Shown: positions 40,365 to 53,484 of the stretch, piece by piece
Numbering within the stretch: position 1 is the first letter of the stretch
How the letters are laid out: each line of letters starts with the position of its first letter
NCBI GenBank assembly: GCA_003427395.1
Contig: BFEA01000033.1
Coordinates: forward strand, 4,536,151-4,600,150
DNA from: Chara braunii
Lineage: Eukaryota; Plantae; Charophyceae
DNA length: 64,000 bases
Direction: 5' to 3'
Translations under genes and position numbers: made by a program
The notes under the pieces: generated by a model
What the model saw: only the letters and a program-made list of their open reading frames with translations
The model's database searches: none
Told to the model about the DNA's origin: nothing

Positions 40365-43165
40365 GTGCAAGTACCTCCAAACATAGAGGGAGTGGTCGCT
40401 AGGTACCCTGATCTATTCGAAGAGCCGAAAGGGGTTGTTGAGAGGGAGGTTGTCCATGCAATAGAGATTATCCCAGGATCTAGTATTTTGAAGGGTAGGA
40501 TCTATCGGATGCCTCCAGTGGTGCTTGACGAGCTTCGCCGACAACTCAAGGAACTCATAGAGAAGGGTTGGATCCGATCGAGTGTGTCCCCTTACCGATC
40601 TCCTATCTTATTCGTGCCAAAAAAGGGGGCCACCAATGCCATCACAATAAAGAACGCAGAGCCCCTACCGCGCATCCATGACTTGTTGGACCAAGTGCAA
40701 GGGTACCTGTACTTCAATAAGATAGATTTGAAGTTCGGGTACCATCAGATTGCAATACGGCCCGAGGATCAACACAACCGCTTTTTAGACCAGGTACGGT
40801 CTGTACGAGTTTTTGGTGATGCCTTTCGGCCTATGCAATGCTCCTGGCACCTTTCAGCACGAGATGAACCGGATCTTTCACGACTACTTGGACAAGTTTG
40901 TCATCGTGTACCTCGATGACATACTTGTCTTTAGTAGGACTATCGAGGAGCATGTAGCCCACTTAGACAAAGTCCTTAGTCTAGTTCAAGATTAATCGGG
41001 AGAAGTGCGAGTTTGGTCACACCCAGATCTTGTATCTGGGTCATGAAATTTCCGCTGAGGGATTGAAGCCCAATGACGCGAAGGTGGCCAGGATTCATGA
41101 CTTTCCGCGTCCTCAGTCTGTGACTGAGATGATATCCTTCTTCTTAGGGATGACCAGCTACTACCACAATTGTGTCAAGAACTATAGCATAGTTGCCGCC
41201 CCTTTGACGGACTTGGCACTCCTTGACACCCCATGGGAGTGAACAGACAGGTGTGAGGCTGCCTTCAAACATCAGAAGCATCCTCTGACACACCATGAGG
41301 TCTTGAAACTTTCTGATCCTGACAAGCCGTTTATAGTAACCACGGATGCCAGTCAATATGGCATAGGCGTCGTGCTTGCGCAGCAGGAGGGGCCAAAGTT
41401 GAGGCATGTTGAGTACATGTCCAAAAAGATGCCCTCTCGGAAGTTGGCTAAGTCCACCTATGAGAAGGAGCTATATGCCATCTACAAAGCGCTAACCCAC
41501 TGGAGGCACTACCTCCTTGGGAGGTTCTTCTACGTTAGGATTGATCATCAAACCCTGAAGTGGATGAAAACCCAGCCTGTGCTCTCTGATGTGCTGAAAC
41601 GCTGGATTGAAGTCATTGAGCAGTATGACTTCGAACCCCAGTACATCAAAGGAGAGTAAACAAAGTTGCTGATGCGATGTCAAGTAGGCCAGACTTCCTT
41701 TGTGTGCTGATCACTGAGTTTGGGCTTGCAGACGAGGTTACTCGCTCTTTGGTGGAAGCATACCGCGAGGATCCGTTTATGACTGAGATCATACGCAGAC
41801 TCGAGGCAAAGGACAAAGTGACTTCTGCCGAGTTTGAGTTGGTCAACGGCCTGCTGTTCCTTGAGAAGGCCGGGAATAAACGTTTGTGTGTGCCTAATCG
41901 GGAGTCTTTGCGTAGTTTATTTTTAGGTGAGTGTCATGATGCCACCGGACATTTTGGTTATAAGAAGACTGTAGCCAATCTGCTGCAGCAGTTCTGGTGG
42001 TCCACAATGATGAGAGATACCAAACCGTACGTGGAGACTTGTCGAGTGTGTCAGAGGGACAAGCCACGTACACAGGCCCCTCTTGGGCTTCTCAAGCCCC
42101 TTCCCCGGTGAGAGCCTGTCCATGGATGTCATGGACACGATGTCCCCAGCAAGAGTGGAATGAGACATTTTTTTGTCATTGTGGATAGGTTTAGTAAGTA
42201 CGCTAGATTAGTTGCAATGTCGAAAACAGCAAAAACCGAATACGTCATTAGGCTGTTTAAGGAAAACTGGGTCAGAGACTTTGGGCTACCAAAGTCTATA
42301 GTCAGTGACCGGGATGTGCGATTCACCAGTGAACTGTGGAAGGCTGCAGCTGCAGAACAAGGAACACAGCTGCAGATGACCCCCGGGAACCACCCAGAGG
42401 CAAACGGCAAGCCGAGCAGCTGAACCGCGCTGTACAACACCTGTTGAGGCACTACATCAAGCCCAATCAGGTGGACTGGGATGAGAAGCTTGCTCTCATT
42501 GCCAGCTTGTATAACAACACTGTGCACAGCGCGACCTGCGTGAGCCCTAACAGCCTGCTACTGACCTTCAAGCCTAGACTGCCCCTAGACTTTCTACTAC
42601 CTGAGAACCAGTCAACTGCTGCACCTGGCACATTAGAATTCGCCTACCGATATGAGCAATTGATGCAGCAAGCAGTTGAACAGATGCACAAAGCACAGGC
42701 GGTAATGATAGAATCTGAGAACGAACACCGCCGTCCCTCGACGTTTCAGGTAGGAGACGAGTTTGGGTTAAGTCCTCTGAACTGGGGCAGGAGCACGGTA
42801 TCTCCCGGAGGCTCATGCCACAGTACTTTGGACCCTGGCAGGTTCTAGATATCGTTGGGGATGATCCGGACGGGCCCTCATATGTAATACAGATCCCCGG
42901 TCACCTTCGCACTTACCCTGTCTTTCACGCCTCCAAGCTCGCACCTTCCAGAGAAACTGATCAGTTTCCCTCTCGTTGCTCAATGCTGCCCCCAACCATG
43001 GACGGAGAGGTCGACATCTATGACATCGTGGATCACAGAGAACTGCCAGTTTCAGGACCAACAGGAAGGGGACGCCCTCCGAAGCCGAAACTGCAGTACC
43101 GTGTTCGGTTCAGACATCACACTGATCCAAAGGAGGACCGATGGTTTACAAGGGACCGCTCCACA
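40365..43165 (+). pseudogene. pol remnants: RT, RNase H, integrase, chromodomain
   Basis: RT: [27 protein letters not shown]. RNase H: TDASQYGIG, EKELYA. Integrase: HDATGH..C..C, IVSDRDVRF, QYFGPW. Chromodomain: IVDHR...YRVRF...EDRW. Multiple stops and frameshifts. Confidence 0.92.
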
Positions 43166-43260
43166 GGTTGTCAGTCAGTATGAGAAGTCTCTGCAGAAAG
43201 GAAAGCGCCAGATAGAATGATGGAACATCTCAGAGGACTCTCGAAGTATGGAGGAGGGAA

Positions 43261-44156
43261 TGTGAGGCAGAAGGCATCGCCGTGCCCTAATGGTCCCCGT
43301 TTCCAACAATGTAGGCCGCCCTAAGTGAAGGCAGGCCCGACCAAGGACAAGAGGCCTTTTTCGGCTACCACGCAACTGGGGGAAATTCAGGCAGTTGCGC
43401 AGCGCCAGTTGGTTGAGAGCGCCCAGGCCCTGGCTGCCTTTTTCAAATGTAACTGAGGCAGGCCCTGGGCCAGATACGTAACATGGGCCGAACACAGGCT
43501 GCGGGCAGTTGAACACGGGCAACCGCTCTAGGCCCTGGGCCGGGGCTCAGCCACTTGGGGCCTACTGGAAGCTTCTAGGCAGGGGCCCAGCGCAGCAAGG
43601 CCGCACACAGCGGGCAGGCCACTTCCATATAGGAAAGCGCCTGCCCCCGCATTTGGCATTCGGGCACTTGCTACATGCTGCGCTACAAGCAGGCAAGCGC
43701 CCACGCACTCACGGGCGAGCAAGGGATGCGCAGACAGCCATAGCCGAGCTGACCTGCGAGGGCGCATGGTGGTCCTTGGGTGCACGTGGCATCTGTGTCG
43801 GGGACCGAGGTTGTGAGTGATGCGAGAGACATACCTGGTGCTTGAGGCAAACGCCATTGGCCGAGATCTGCTCGTACTTCGGGGAGCTGTTGACGTCACC
43901 AGCAGCATTGTAGATAGGCTAGATAGGATCTGCCATTTGTAGTCTGGGCACAGAGCGCCAGATAGGAAATCGACATTGGTTCTCTGTTGATGATGATGAG
44001 ACTATACCAACATTGTCACTTGTGAGCTTTTGCTGTGCTCTTATTTGGTGGAACTCAAGTTGCAATTCTGCTTTTGGTTCGAGGTCACGACTATCTGGTT
44101 TCATGTATATGATGCTGCTTGGTTTCTGGAATTCGCTATCTCTCATTTTCTTTGCA
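43261..44156 (+). repeat. 3' LTR
   Basis: Follows the purine tract; TG...CA; homologous to the 5' LTR with substitutions and small indels. Confidence 0.93.
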
Positions 44157-44270
44157 TTATCCTTTCCTCAATTAAAAAATGCCAAGTAGTTATCTACCGA
44201 GTTTTCTTCTATTACTGCAGTCGTATCGCCACCATTGATCTCAAAAGATCGATGGATAACAGCTCACCCA

Positions 44271-44355
<85 letters not shown>

Positions 44356-44375
44356 NNNNNNNNNNNNNNNNNNNN

Positions 44376-44468
<93 letters not shown>

Positions 44469-44475
44469 CTCTGTA

Positions 44476-44508
<33 letters not shown>

Positions 44509-45178
44509 TTTCCTCAATTAAAAAATGCCCAAGAGATCAATGGACAAACGTATATTCACCAAACAGGTGGCACTGTGCCAGTGTGCCCACACTTGTTTTA
44601 CTCGGACCATGCTCACACTACCGTTTTCACACTTAAATAACGGCCCAGATGAGCTTCACATTCACCTATAACGCGCAGGAGATATATTCGTGTGAAAGAC
44701 ATTCTGCTTTGCTTAACCACCAGCCCCCCCTGCAATTGAAAAATGGTACTCCTGTGAACGCACCGATGCCAGGGCCGGGGCCGCACAGGGGTTGGCGTGG
44801 GGCTTTCGGCCTACAGGTCACAAGTGGTCAGCATCGTCTCATGAAAAATTTGGAGCGTGCCAACTTTGACGATTTTTTGCATTCATTATATTTCACAACA
44901 AAATATGGAAAAAAAATCAGGGCCGTCAGGGTTTTTTTTTTTTCTTTCAATGCTCATCTTTCCTTGAACAACATCTCAAAATTGAAAAATCAAAAAGAAT
45001 ATCCGAGATGGCAAAAAAATCCCTTTTCTGGGTTTTCTCAGAAAAAGATTACTATATCACGCCCAGGAAATTATTTCTGGGTGGCTTTCCAACCGAATCT
45101 GACTACTCTTAGGGTCAGATACATGCACAAAACGTCATGGTGGTGCGAGTAGATGCCCTCAATCACTCGGTCACTCAC

Positions 45179-45328
45179 CCATAAGCCGAAGAGCAGCCCC
45201 AAGCGTGCCACCTGTGGCAATGAGGTCATCAACCACAATGATCCGATCGCCTGGATTCACAGCACCAACGTGAATCTCTATTTTATCTGTGCCATATTCC
45301 AACGAGTACTCCTCGCCAATCACTTCAC
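45179..45328 (-). CDS. APT: APRT exon ([50 protein letters not shown])
   Basis: Acceptor cgcag, donor gtgag, 150 bp. Contains the LEYG loop and the PRPP-binding motif [11 protein letters not shown]. Confidence 0.96.
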
Positions 45329-46281
45329 CTGCGTGTGCCGCAATTACCACACAGACCACAGCAACTAGGATCAGGAATTTGCTGCAGGGTCTGTCCATAC
45401 TGGAATAAAACTGCACAGGCACAGTCAGATCTCATAAGCACAGATTAAATCAGATGTCAGAAAGACAGATTATGCCAGACGTCAGAAACACAGATTATGT
45501 CAGGTGTCAGAAACACAGATTATGTCAGAGGTCAGAATGTCTGTTTGCTGGTTTGACCCTGTGGTTATCCATAATTAGCACATAGAAATGTTATGATCCA
45601 GCATCTCCTCTATTTCCTCCCCTCCCGACCAACCTGTTGGAACACTCGCAAGTCCAAAAATCCAGACAGGAAGGTTGAGCAGGGTGAAACGCGGGGGTGC
45701 AGGGACGGAGTTGGCGGGGGGGGGAGGTTCCGGAAGTTCACCTCGGAAATATGAAAGCAGAGGAGACGGGGGCAATATGCATCTCTTTGCTGCTGCTCCG
45801 CTCTGAGCGTGTGTACGGAGGAGCTCTTGGTGCAAGGAGCAGTTAGGGTGAGGAAGAAGAAGCCCTGAATATCTACGCAGTGGTAGCCGAAGAGAGTACT
45901 TTTGGCTTGACACTCTCAGCCTCTATACCTGTGCGCTAGGTTTTACCGGAAGCTCCTGCCTTTTGACAGGAACATCATTGCAGCCTGAAATTCGCCTTTG
46001 GAGACTGAACCTAACGATATCTGCCTACATTCAGGCNTTGGACCATCATGACGCACTCGGAAGCTACCAACCTTCCTAAGCCTACCAGAATCCCCAGGCC
46101 TACCCGAGCTGATGGAAAATGCTACCANGTTCTTTCAACGTTCTACTTCTGTCCTTGTCCGTGTCNGTGAAGTCCATCGAGTGTAAAGAAAACAAGTAAA
46201 GTCGGTGCAGCTACGCCCGCACACATGGAAATACCAATGAGATATTCGGGGTCTGCATAAGTATCCATCTATAATGGACGA

Positions 46282-46365
<84 letters not shown>

Positions 46366-46784
46366 GAGGAGGGGAGAGGNNNNNNNNNNNNNNNNNNNNN
46401 NNNNNNNNNNNNNNNNNNNNNNNNNNNNNNNNNNNNNNNNNNNNNNNNNNNNNNNNNNNNNNNNNNNNNNNNNNNNNNNNNNNNNNNNNNNNNNNNNNNN
46501 NNNNNNNNNNNNNNNNNNNNNNNNNNNNNNNNNNNNNNNNNNNNNNNNNNNNNNNNNNNNNNNNNNNNNNNNNNNNNNNNNNNNNNNNNNNNNNNNNNNN
46601 NNNNNNNNNNNNNNNNNNNNNNNNNNNNNNNNNNNNNNNNNNNNNNNNNNNNNNNNNNNNNNNNNNNNNNNNNNNNNNNNNNNNNNNNNNNNNNNNNNNN
46701 NNNNNNNNNNNNNNNNNNNNNNNNNNNNNNNNNNNNNNNNNNNNNNNNNNNNNNNNNNNNNNNNNNNNNNNNNNNNNNNNNNNN

Positions 46785-46854
<70 letters not shown>

Positions 46855-49149
46855 CGCTCGCTCGCTCGCTCGCGCGCGCACGCGCGCTATTTTCCCCTTT
46901 CCGTCCCTTTGTCTCTCTCTCTCTCTCACTCCAGGGGATGTGTCCGGTCACTCATGACAGTCGAATGCCCTCACATGCCCCTTTCCCCCCGGTCCCGCTC
47001 TTTCTCTCACGCACACACTCATTCTTCCCTACCCGCACTCCTTTTTCCCTTTCTTCCTTGTCCATTGCCTCCCTTCCTCTGTCCGATTCCATCTTTCGCC
47101 TTGCGCACTCACTCCCCCTGCCGATCTTCCGCCAGCACCACCCCATCCTCTTCTCTCATTGTTCTGTGTGTGTCCCCTCTCTCTTCCCGCGTTTCTCCGC
47201 GCATTTCTCTCCTCCGTTGGAATCCTCTTCGATATCCAGAAATACTCGATGTGGCCCCTTGGGATCTGATATGTCATTTCATGTCACATCCTCTATTCCT
47301 CTGCATGTCGCTCTTTCTCCCTTCATTTCTCTCTCCATCACATGCATATCCACATTTACCCCATCCCTCTCGTGATTCAGCCCCTTCGTCATTATCCTGC
47401 TCTCTCTTTTCCGTACAACCTGTTCTCCTCCCTCTTCCTGCTTTGCAATTTCTTCTTTCGCACCTTGTCCGAATCCCCGCATGCACCCTGCATTCCTCAG
47501 GGTGCATGCCTCACCGTGTTGCCTTGGCATTCTTTCCCCTGCACTTCATCAGTTCCTACATCCTCACCCTGATTGCCCGGCATCCGACCTTCTCCTCCTC
47601 TCGATCCGACATCCTCATCGTCCCCCTCGCAATCCACGTTGCCCGTCCCCTTCTTCACAAATTTGGTCCACGGCCTACATCCTTCTCCGATTCACTTTAG
47701 GTTCCTCCTCAATGTCTTAACCTTCCCCACCCTCAACGGCAGTGAACTTACCTTGAAAGCTTCACCATTTAACTGTGACTCTCCTTCTGCTTCCTCTCTT
47801 GTCGCATCCCATCCTGATAGACGAAATCCTGACCCTCTATCCTGCTCCTCCAGCCCACTACTCCAGCCCTCGAGATTTCGATGGTGGCCTTCTCTTCCCT
47901 CCTTGACCAGGCACTCGACCTCCCCCTAGTGTTCCTTCTCCCCCTGCCTCTCCGCATTCACGGTAAAATCCATGCCTACTCCTTCCAATTGCAGCCGTGC
48001 AAAATCCTGCCGCACTTGCAACATAGCACCCCTGCAAAAAATGTAGCAGCAGCCCTAAACGAATGGATTAACGCAAGGAGAGATGCAGGGAGGGAGGCAG
48101 GTAGGAAGGGAGGGAGGGGGGAGAGAGATAGTGAGGGTGTACTTCGCCACGCCGAGCATACCACCTCTTTTGTTTTTTGGGCCGAATGTGAACGGACCTC
48201 TAAACCTCTTAACGCACAAAAGCACTGAGATAGAGGGAGGGAGGGAAAAGGGTGCACTTCACCAAGCCTCACAAACTCACCTATTTCCTTTTTCGGCCGA
48301 GTGTGAACGTAACTCTCCACACCTTCAGGCATGGCACCACGGGCAGACACACACAAAGAGACAGAGAGAGAGAGAGAGAGGGACGAAGGTGAACAGGAAA
48401 GACCAACTAGGCAGGGCGTGAGGAGAGGGACGAAAGGGGGCGACCGAATCAGGCGTGGAACGCGTTGCATGTGGGGCATGCACGAGGGCAGGTAAGGGAT
48501 ACGACGGTGTATCCTCCATGCCTCAGCAGAAGTTTTGTCCTCATGACACAGATAAACAAGGAATCAGATTCATAGCCTTGATGGAGATCGACCTCAAAGT
48601 TGATGGCAACTCCCCATAACAGAGAGAGAGAGAGAGAGAGTGATTTGCCACAGGGACGGTGGGCGACTGTTTGAACGCAGCCCGCCAGCGCGTTCAAACA
48701 GCCGTCACCATTTGCCCACCGTTAGCCTCTACCCAGCGCTCCAGAACGGGAAAAATCCCGACATGTTGCGGGGAGGGAACAACTACGCATCGGGATTTCC
48801 GTTCTCGGCGTCGGCCCCCCCCCCAATGCAAAAAAGAAAGGACGGGCCTCGCGCCACTATTCACGAAATGTGCAAAATGAGAATGAATCTTCCCCCTATA
48901 ACATGGAAAGATACACCGCCATATTTTTTGGTGAGTAATGGAGCGAGGCCTGACTTTGGCCGCATATTCCTCTAAGTGCCTCGTCGCACGTCGGGCCTGC
49001 TCCACTAAGTACCTGGACACTCTCTTCCCCCCTGTCCCCCTTGCCTCTAAGTGCCTCATCGCGCGTCGGGCCTGCTCCACTAAGTACCCATGGTCCTCTT
49101 AAGTACCTGGACACTCTCTTCCCCCCTGTCCCCCTTGCCTCCTACTGCG

Positions 49150-51925
49150 GATTTAAACCGAGTGCACCTGGTTTGCCCTTACACTCCCACCCCATACCAC
49201 TTCTTCCTAACACCGCATGTTCCCCATAATCTCTTTTTCTTACATTTCCATCCCTTTTTCCTCTTATCCCTCCCTATTTATCCCTCAATTTGTTAAACAG
49301 TCTGCGAACCTCAGCTTCTCTGTATTGTCTATAGTTACCAGTCTCCCTTCCTTTCCCCATGTGTCCAAGAACCATCTTCTTCCTGCTTGTCTTCCCCTAC
49401 CCCGAGGGACCTTCCTCCTCCAGTCTGCTGCAATCATTCTTCGGATCATTTGTTTAAATGTGGCCTTTATTTCCGGATCCGCCATGATCCTCCCTTCAAA
49501 CAGTGTCCGGTTCCTTTCCGTCCAAATGATCCAAAAGCCAACTGCTCTGATTGCCTGGCCCAAGTAACCCCAGCCCTTTTTGCACTGGATGTTCTCTGCA
49601 AGACCTCCTAGTAGCAACCATTCTCTGTCCCATTTTAGGAGTTCCCCGGTCCACCCTTCCCATTGCTTTGCCCACCATTCCCATGTCCTCTTAGACGTCG
49701 GGCAGTCTCATCAGATAAGAGGAGTTGGCTCAAACGCCCAGCAACATCTCTTGCACTGTGTTTCTAAGTCTAACCCTCTGCTCATTAACCAAACGGCTGA
49801 TGGCGTGGCCAACAAAGAGGTAAGCCACAACAGGGCTGCTGCCCTTGTGTTTGGCGCCTCTGTCAATTGTTCCCAACAGCTTTGGAGCGCTTGAGCAATT
49901 CATTCCGTGTCCGTTTCCAGCGCTCTGCTCCGCCTTTCTGTTGCAGCCATCAGTGGGGTTTTCACCGGGGCTTGGACGTTATATGCCAGGTTCAGGGAGA
50001 ATTCGTCCAGGTGCGCAGGTTCTCCAAGCATGCCCCTGCCTCTACATGCCCATTGATTGGGATCCGCCTTCAGATGATCGATTGGCTTGCCTTCCCTCCA
50101 AATATTCACCTTCCACTCTCCTTCCTCATTTACTTTCTCTCTGGCTCTAACTTCGGCCAGCCTTCCTTTCGGAAGCGATATGTGCTCCTCTTCCCCATCA
50201 GCGGTTTCTAGTTCCCCCTCTGAATATACTAGCCTCCATTGATGAAACTTCCTACCTCCTTCCTCCGACTGTTCCACCACCTTGAGGAAGGCTCAAGGTG
50301 CTGGGCTGCTTGCTTCTGATACTGGGCACAGTTCGTACCAGGTTCCTGTTGGGTTTGGGTGATCTGGGGAAAGAATCCCCAACCATTCTTCCGCGATGGC
50401 TTCCATTACCTGCCGCCTTCTCTCTCTGATGTATTTGCCGGGGCTGAGCTTCCTCTCCAGTTCCTCCCCTGAGAGCCATGAGCCTGTCAGGTCGTCCCCA
50501 GATGTCCCTTACTCTTACCACACCCCGCTCAATCCAGGCCCTTCCAAAGTTACCCGGTTCTGTGCTCGCTCTTAACATCTCTCCTTTCGGATACTTAACC
50601 TGGGGGTTCTCAAACAGAATCTGCGCCAGAACCTCCTGCTTCGTGTGTGGCTCACACCACATCTCTGGTTTTACCTTCCTCCACGCTTGCAGCACAGCTC
50701 CCCAGAATTCTGATTTTACCCGTCTTCTGAGGTAGGAATCAATCCATACACATGCCCATACGTCTGTCGGTCTAGCCAGCTGCCATTCTCTGCTAAGGAT
50801 TCTTTCCCCCAGTGCGATCCAGTGCTTATCCTTCTCCTCTAGGATTGCCCTGACTACCCACCTGGTCAGCATGGCTAAATTCCTCCTTCCTGTGTCTATC
50901 ATGCCCAGTCCTCCCTCCTGCCTAGGGGCACATATTAAGTCCCACGCAACCTTGGACATCCGCCTCTCCTTCCTCTGCATAAGGCCGCCATATGAACTTA
51001 GCTTCCTTTCTTCCAATTACCGCTTCCGTCTTCTTTCCTATTGGTCTCACATTCCCCACGAAAGTGAGGACGGCGAACAGCGCCACATTCACTACCAGTG
51101 CCATTCCAAACAACGAGAGGTGTGGGGCCTTCCCCCAGGTGGATATTCTCTGCAACACTTTAGTTTGCAAAATTCCCTCTGCCTAGATGCACACGACATG
51201 AGAGCTACCTGGACTCCTAAGAACCTTTCTGAGTCCCCGCTTGGGATCCTCTTCATCCTCCAGTCTACTGTTGGTGCATACTTGTCTGGGAGGAGATACA
51301 CAGATTTGGACCAGTTAATAGTTCCTTCCGGCAGCTCCTCATACTGGCGGAGACAGTAGCGCAGTGCCGACATCAACTCCCGTGTATTCGCAGAAACCGC
51401 AAAGAGGTCGTCAGCAAGTGCCTTGACCTTGCATTCCCGGCGACCCAGATCAATGCCCACTATCTGTGCGTGATTCCTTATGTTGTTCAGGGGAACTTCC
51501 AGATGTAGGACGAACAACAGGGGGGGCAGCGGACATCCCTGACGTAAGGACCGAAACAACTGAAAAGGTAGCGAAATATGCCCATCAACCATGACTGACG
51601 CTGAGGATTGTGAGTACAACCAATCCCAAAATAACTCCCCCCCATCCATCTGAGAGAGGTTAACATGTATGACCAGTTTACCCGGTCATACACTTTTTCC
51701 ATATCCAGCAGTAGGACTGCTACATCCATCTCCTCCTTGCTTACCACTTCACGCATCTCCACCGCCGTCACGATGTTCTCGTAGATGGAGCGTCCTCTCA
51801 CGAACGCCCCCTATCGTCCTCGAGTTGCGGCAGATATCTCCCCAGTCTTCTGGCCAACACCTTGGCCAGAATCTTATACGACACATTGAGAAGCGAAATT
51901 GGCCTCAAATTCCAGATCTCTATTT
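49150..51925 (-). mobile_element. Non-LTR retrotransposon (L1/Tx1-type LINE) ORF2, 5'-truncated and decayed
   Basis: RT motifs NLRPISLLNVSYKILAK, LLLDMEKVYDRV, LRQGCPL.PLLF, ADDL, RFLGV; KVAWD.IC.P..EGGLG; C-terminal W.IW.ERN. Boundaries are approximate. Confidence 0.9.
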
Positions 51926-52472
51926 TTCGCATCTGGTCCATGGTGTGTTTCCCTTTTTTCTCTTTCTTTTTTTTGGGTGGTTGGACTGGTCGTGCACGGA
52001 CTGTAGTTTCCAATGGCCACCACTTTGTCAGTCACGTTTTCCGGCACACCGTTGATAGATGCCAGAAAACGCGCTCCTTATCGGACAGCCCATCTCACTG
52101 ACGGGCACAGACTGGTCACGACCGTAGGAACTTTAATCCAACAGTACCTTTCTCAGCTATCGATGCCAAGCCTAAAACTAACCTGCGCGCCAAAGAAAAA
52201 CGAACCAGCGTGGACCTCGTTTTCACTGGCGCCACCAGCCATTTCGCGCTAGTAGACCTCGTTTTCGCTGGCGCCACCAGCCATTTCGCGCTAGTAGTTC
52301 CAAGCCTGCCCACCTCCCGTGTTAACCGGCAGGCATTTGTTTTCCAAGCAGGGAGAGGGACTGGTCGTTTAAAAGAATGTAGTAGATCAAAAATAATAAT
52401 TAAAAACATATATTGTCACATCCGGGGTTAAGGTGGATTACCACTTACAGTGTAAGCAGTTAGAGGATTCTG

Positions 52473-52530
52473 CAGACTGTTGATGGTTCAGCCTCCTGAT
52501 GAGTAGTTGAAACTCCGACGAAACAGTTTG
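52473..52530 (+). ncRNA. Type III hammerhead ribozyme motif
   Basis: CAGACTGT-T-GATG gttcag CCTC-CTGATGA-GTAGT tgaaact CCGAC-GAA-ACAGTTTG. The core boxes are intact and stem III is 8 bp; stems I and II carry mismatches; the cleavage triplet is GUU. Confidence 0.75.
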
Positions 52531-52607
52531 TCACAGCCCCTTGTTTGTTGTCCTCTTCTCCCTCTCTGCCTACGGTTTCCATAGGCAGCTCAGACAAGGG
52601 GCTGTGA

Positions 52608-52665
52608 CAAACTGTTTCGTCAGAGTTTCAACTACTCATCAGGAGGCTGAACCATCAACAGTCTG
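52608..52665 (-). ncRNA. Type III hammerhead ribozyme motif (inverted twin; sense to the APRT pre-mRNA)
   Basis: Near-exact reverse complement of 52473-52530. Confidence 0.75.
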
Positions 52666-53384
52666 CAGAATCCTCTAACTGCTTACACTGTAAGTGATAA
52701 TCCACCTTAACCCCGGCTGTGGTTAAGCATCAACGACTGCCCGACAACTGATACCCTGAGGTGGGCACCAACCACTGCCCTCAAGGTACCTGTGACAAAA
52801 ATCAAAGCAGCTTATCACTCACCCACACCAGATGGAAAACTCTACAGACTGTCCGTTCACACCCCATCACAAACAAGCAAAACACCCACGAAACAAAAGG
52901 TCTGTCACAGCCAAAAAATACACTCCAGACACGCCGCTGACACTAGAGGCACAGAATGGGCGCGTAGTAACGGTCATCCAGCGTCCACTTTCAGTCCTAC
53001 CCCAGTTGTTAATCTATTTACTGTTCTACCTCCCCTGGGACAAAGAAAACCGAGCACGAGCGTTAGCTTACGGCCCCAGCAAGCATGAAATAAAGCGTCA
53101 GAGCATACACTACCGGTAGGACTTTTTCAACTGAGCTCTGGACATATTGCGGTCAGATACATCCAGATCAAGGTGGAATTCCAGTCAGATACATCCAGAA
53201 AGTCCTACTGTGATTATGCCCTCAGATACACAGGCAATACACCAAAACACACTCAAACTCGGATCTCGACAGCAACTCAGAAATCTGCAGCGAATCAGAC
53301 CAACCGACAACAGTACTCAGAAAAACTGCATCAATCTCAGAAGTACAACTGTGCAGGTCATTGCTTTTTTCTTTTTCCCCTTTT

Positions 53385-53432
53385 AATTTGGACCATTTTG
53401 CGATTTATGTGTGTCATCCTTGCACAGGGCCC

Positions 53433-53463
<31 letters not shown>

Positions 53464-53484
53464 CGCGGATGTCCCAAAGGATTC
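53385..53484 (-). pseudogene. U6: U6 snRNA copy (probable retropseudogene)
   Basis: Minus strand reads GGGACATCCG..AAAATTGGAACGATACAGAGAAGATTAGCATGGGCCCTGTGCAAGGATGACACACATAAATCG.AAAATGGTCCAAATT, followed by an A-rich tail rather than an oligo-T terminator. Confidence 0.88.

Larger units (their letters stand above)
36050..44156 (+). mobile_element. Ty3/gypsy chromovirus LTR retrotransposon with both LTRs, decayed; antisense within an APRT intron
   Basis: TG...CA LTRs at 36050-36975 and 43261-44156, Met-tRNA-type PBS, PPT GGAGGAGGGAA, and TTAT on both flanks (putative 4-bp TSD). Internal gag, RT, RNase H, integrase and chromodomain fragments. Confidence 0.95.
52417..52721. repeat. Long inverted repeat (~130-bp arms, ~43-nt spacer)
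   Basis: 52417-52547 is the reverse complement of 52591-52721 with only a few mismatches. Confidence 0.92.
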
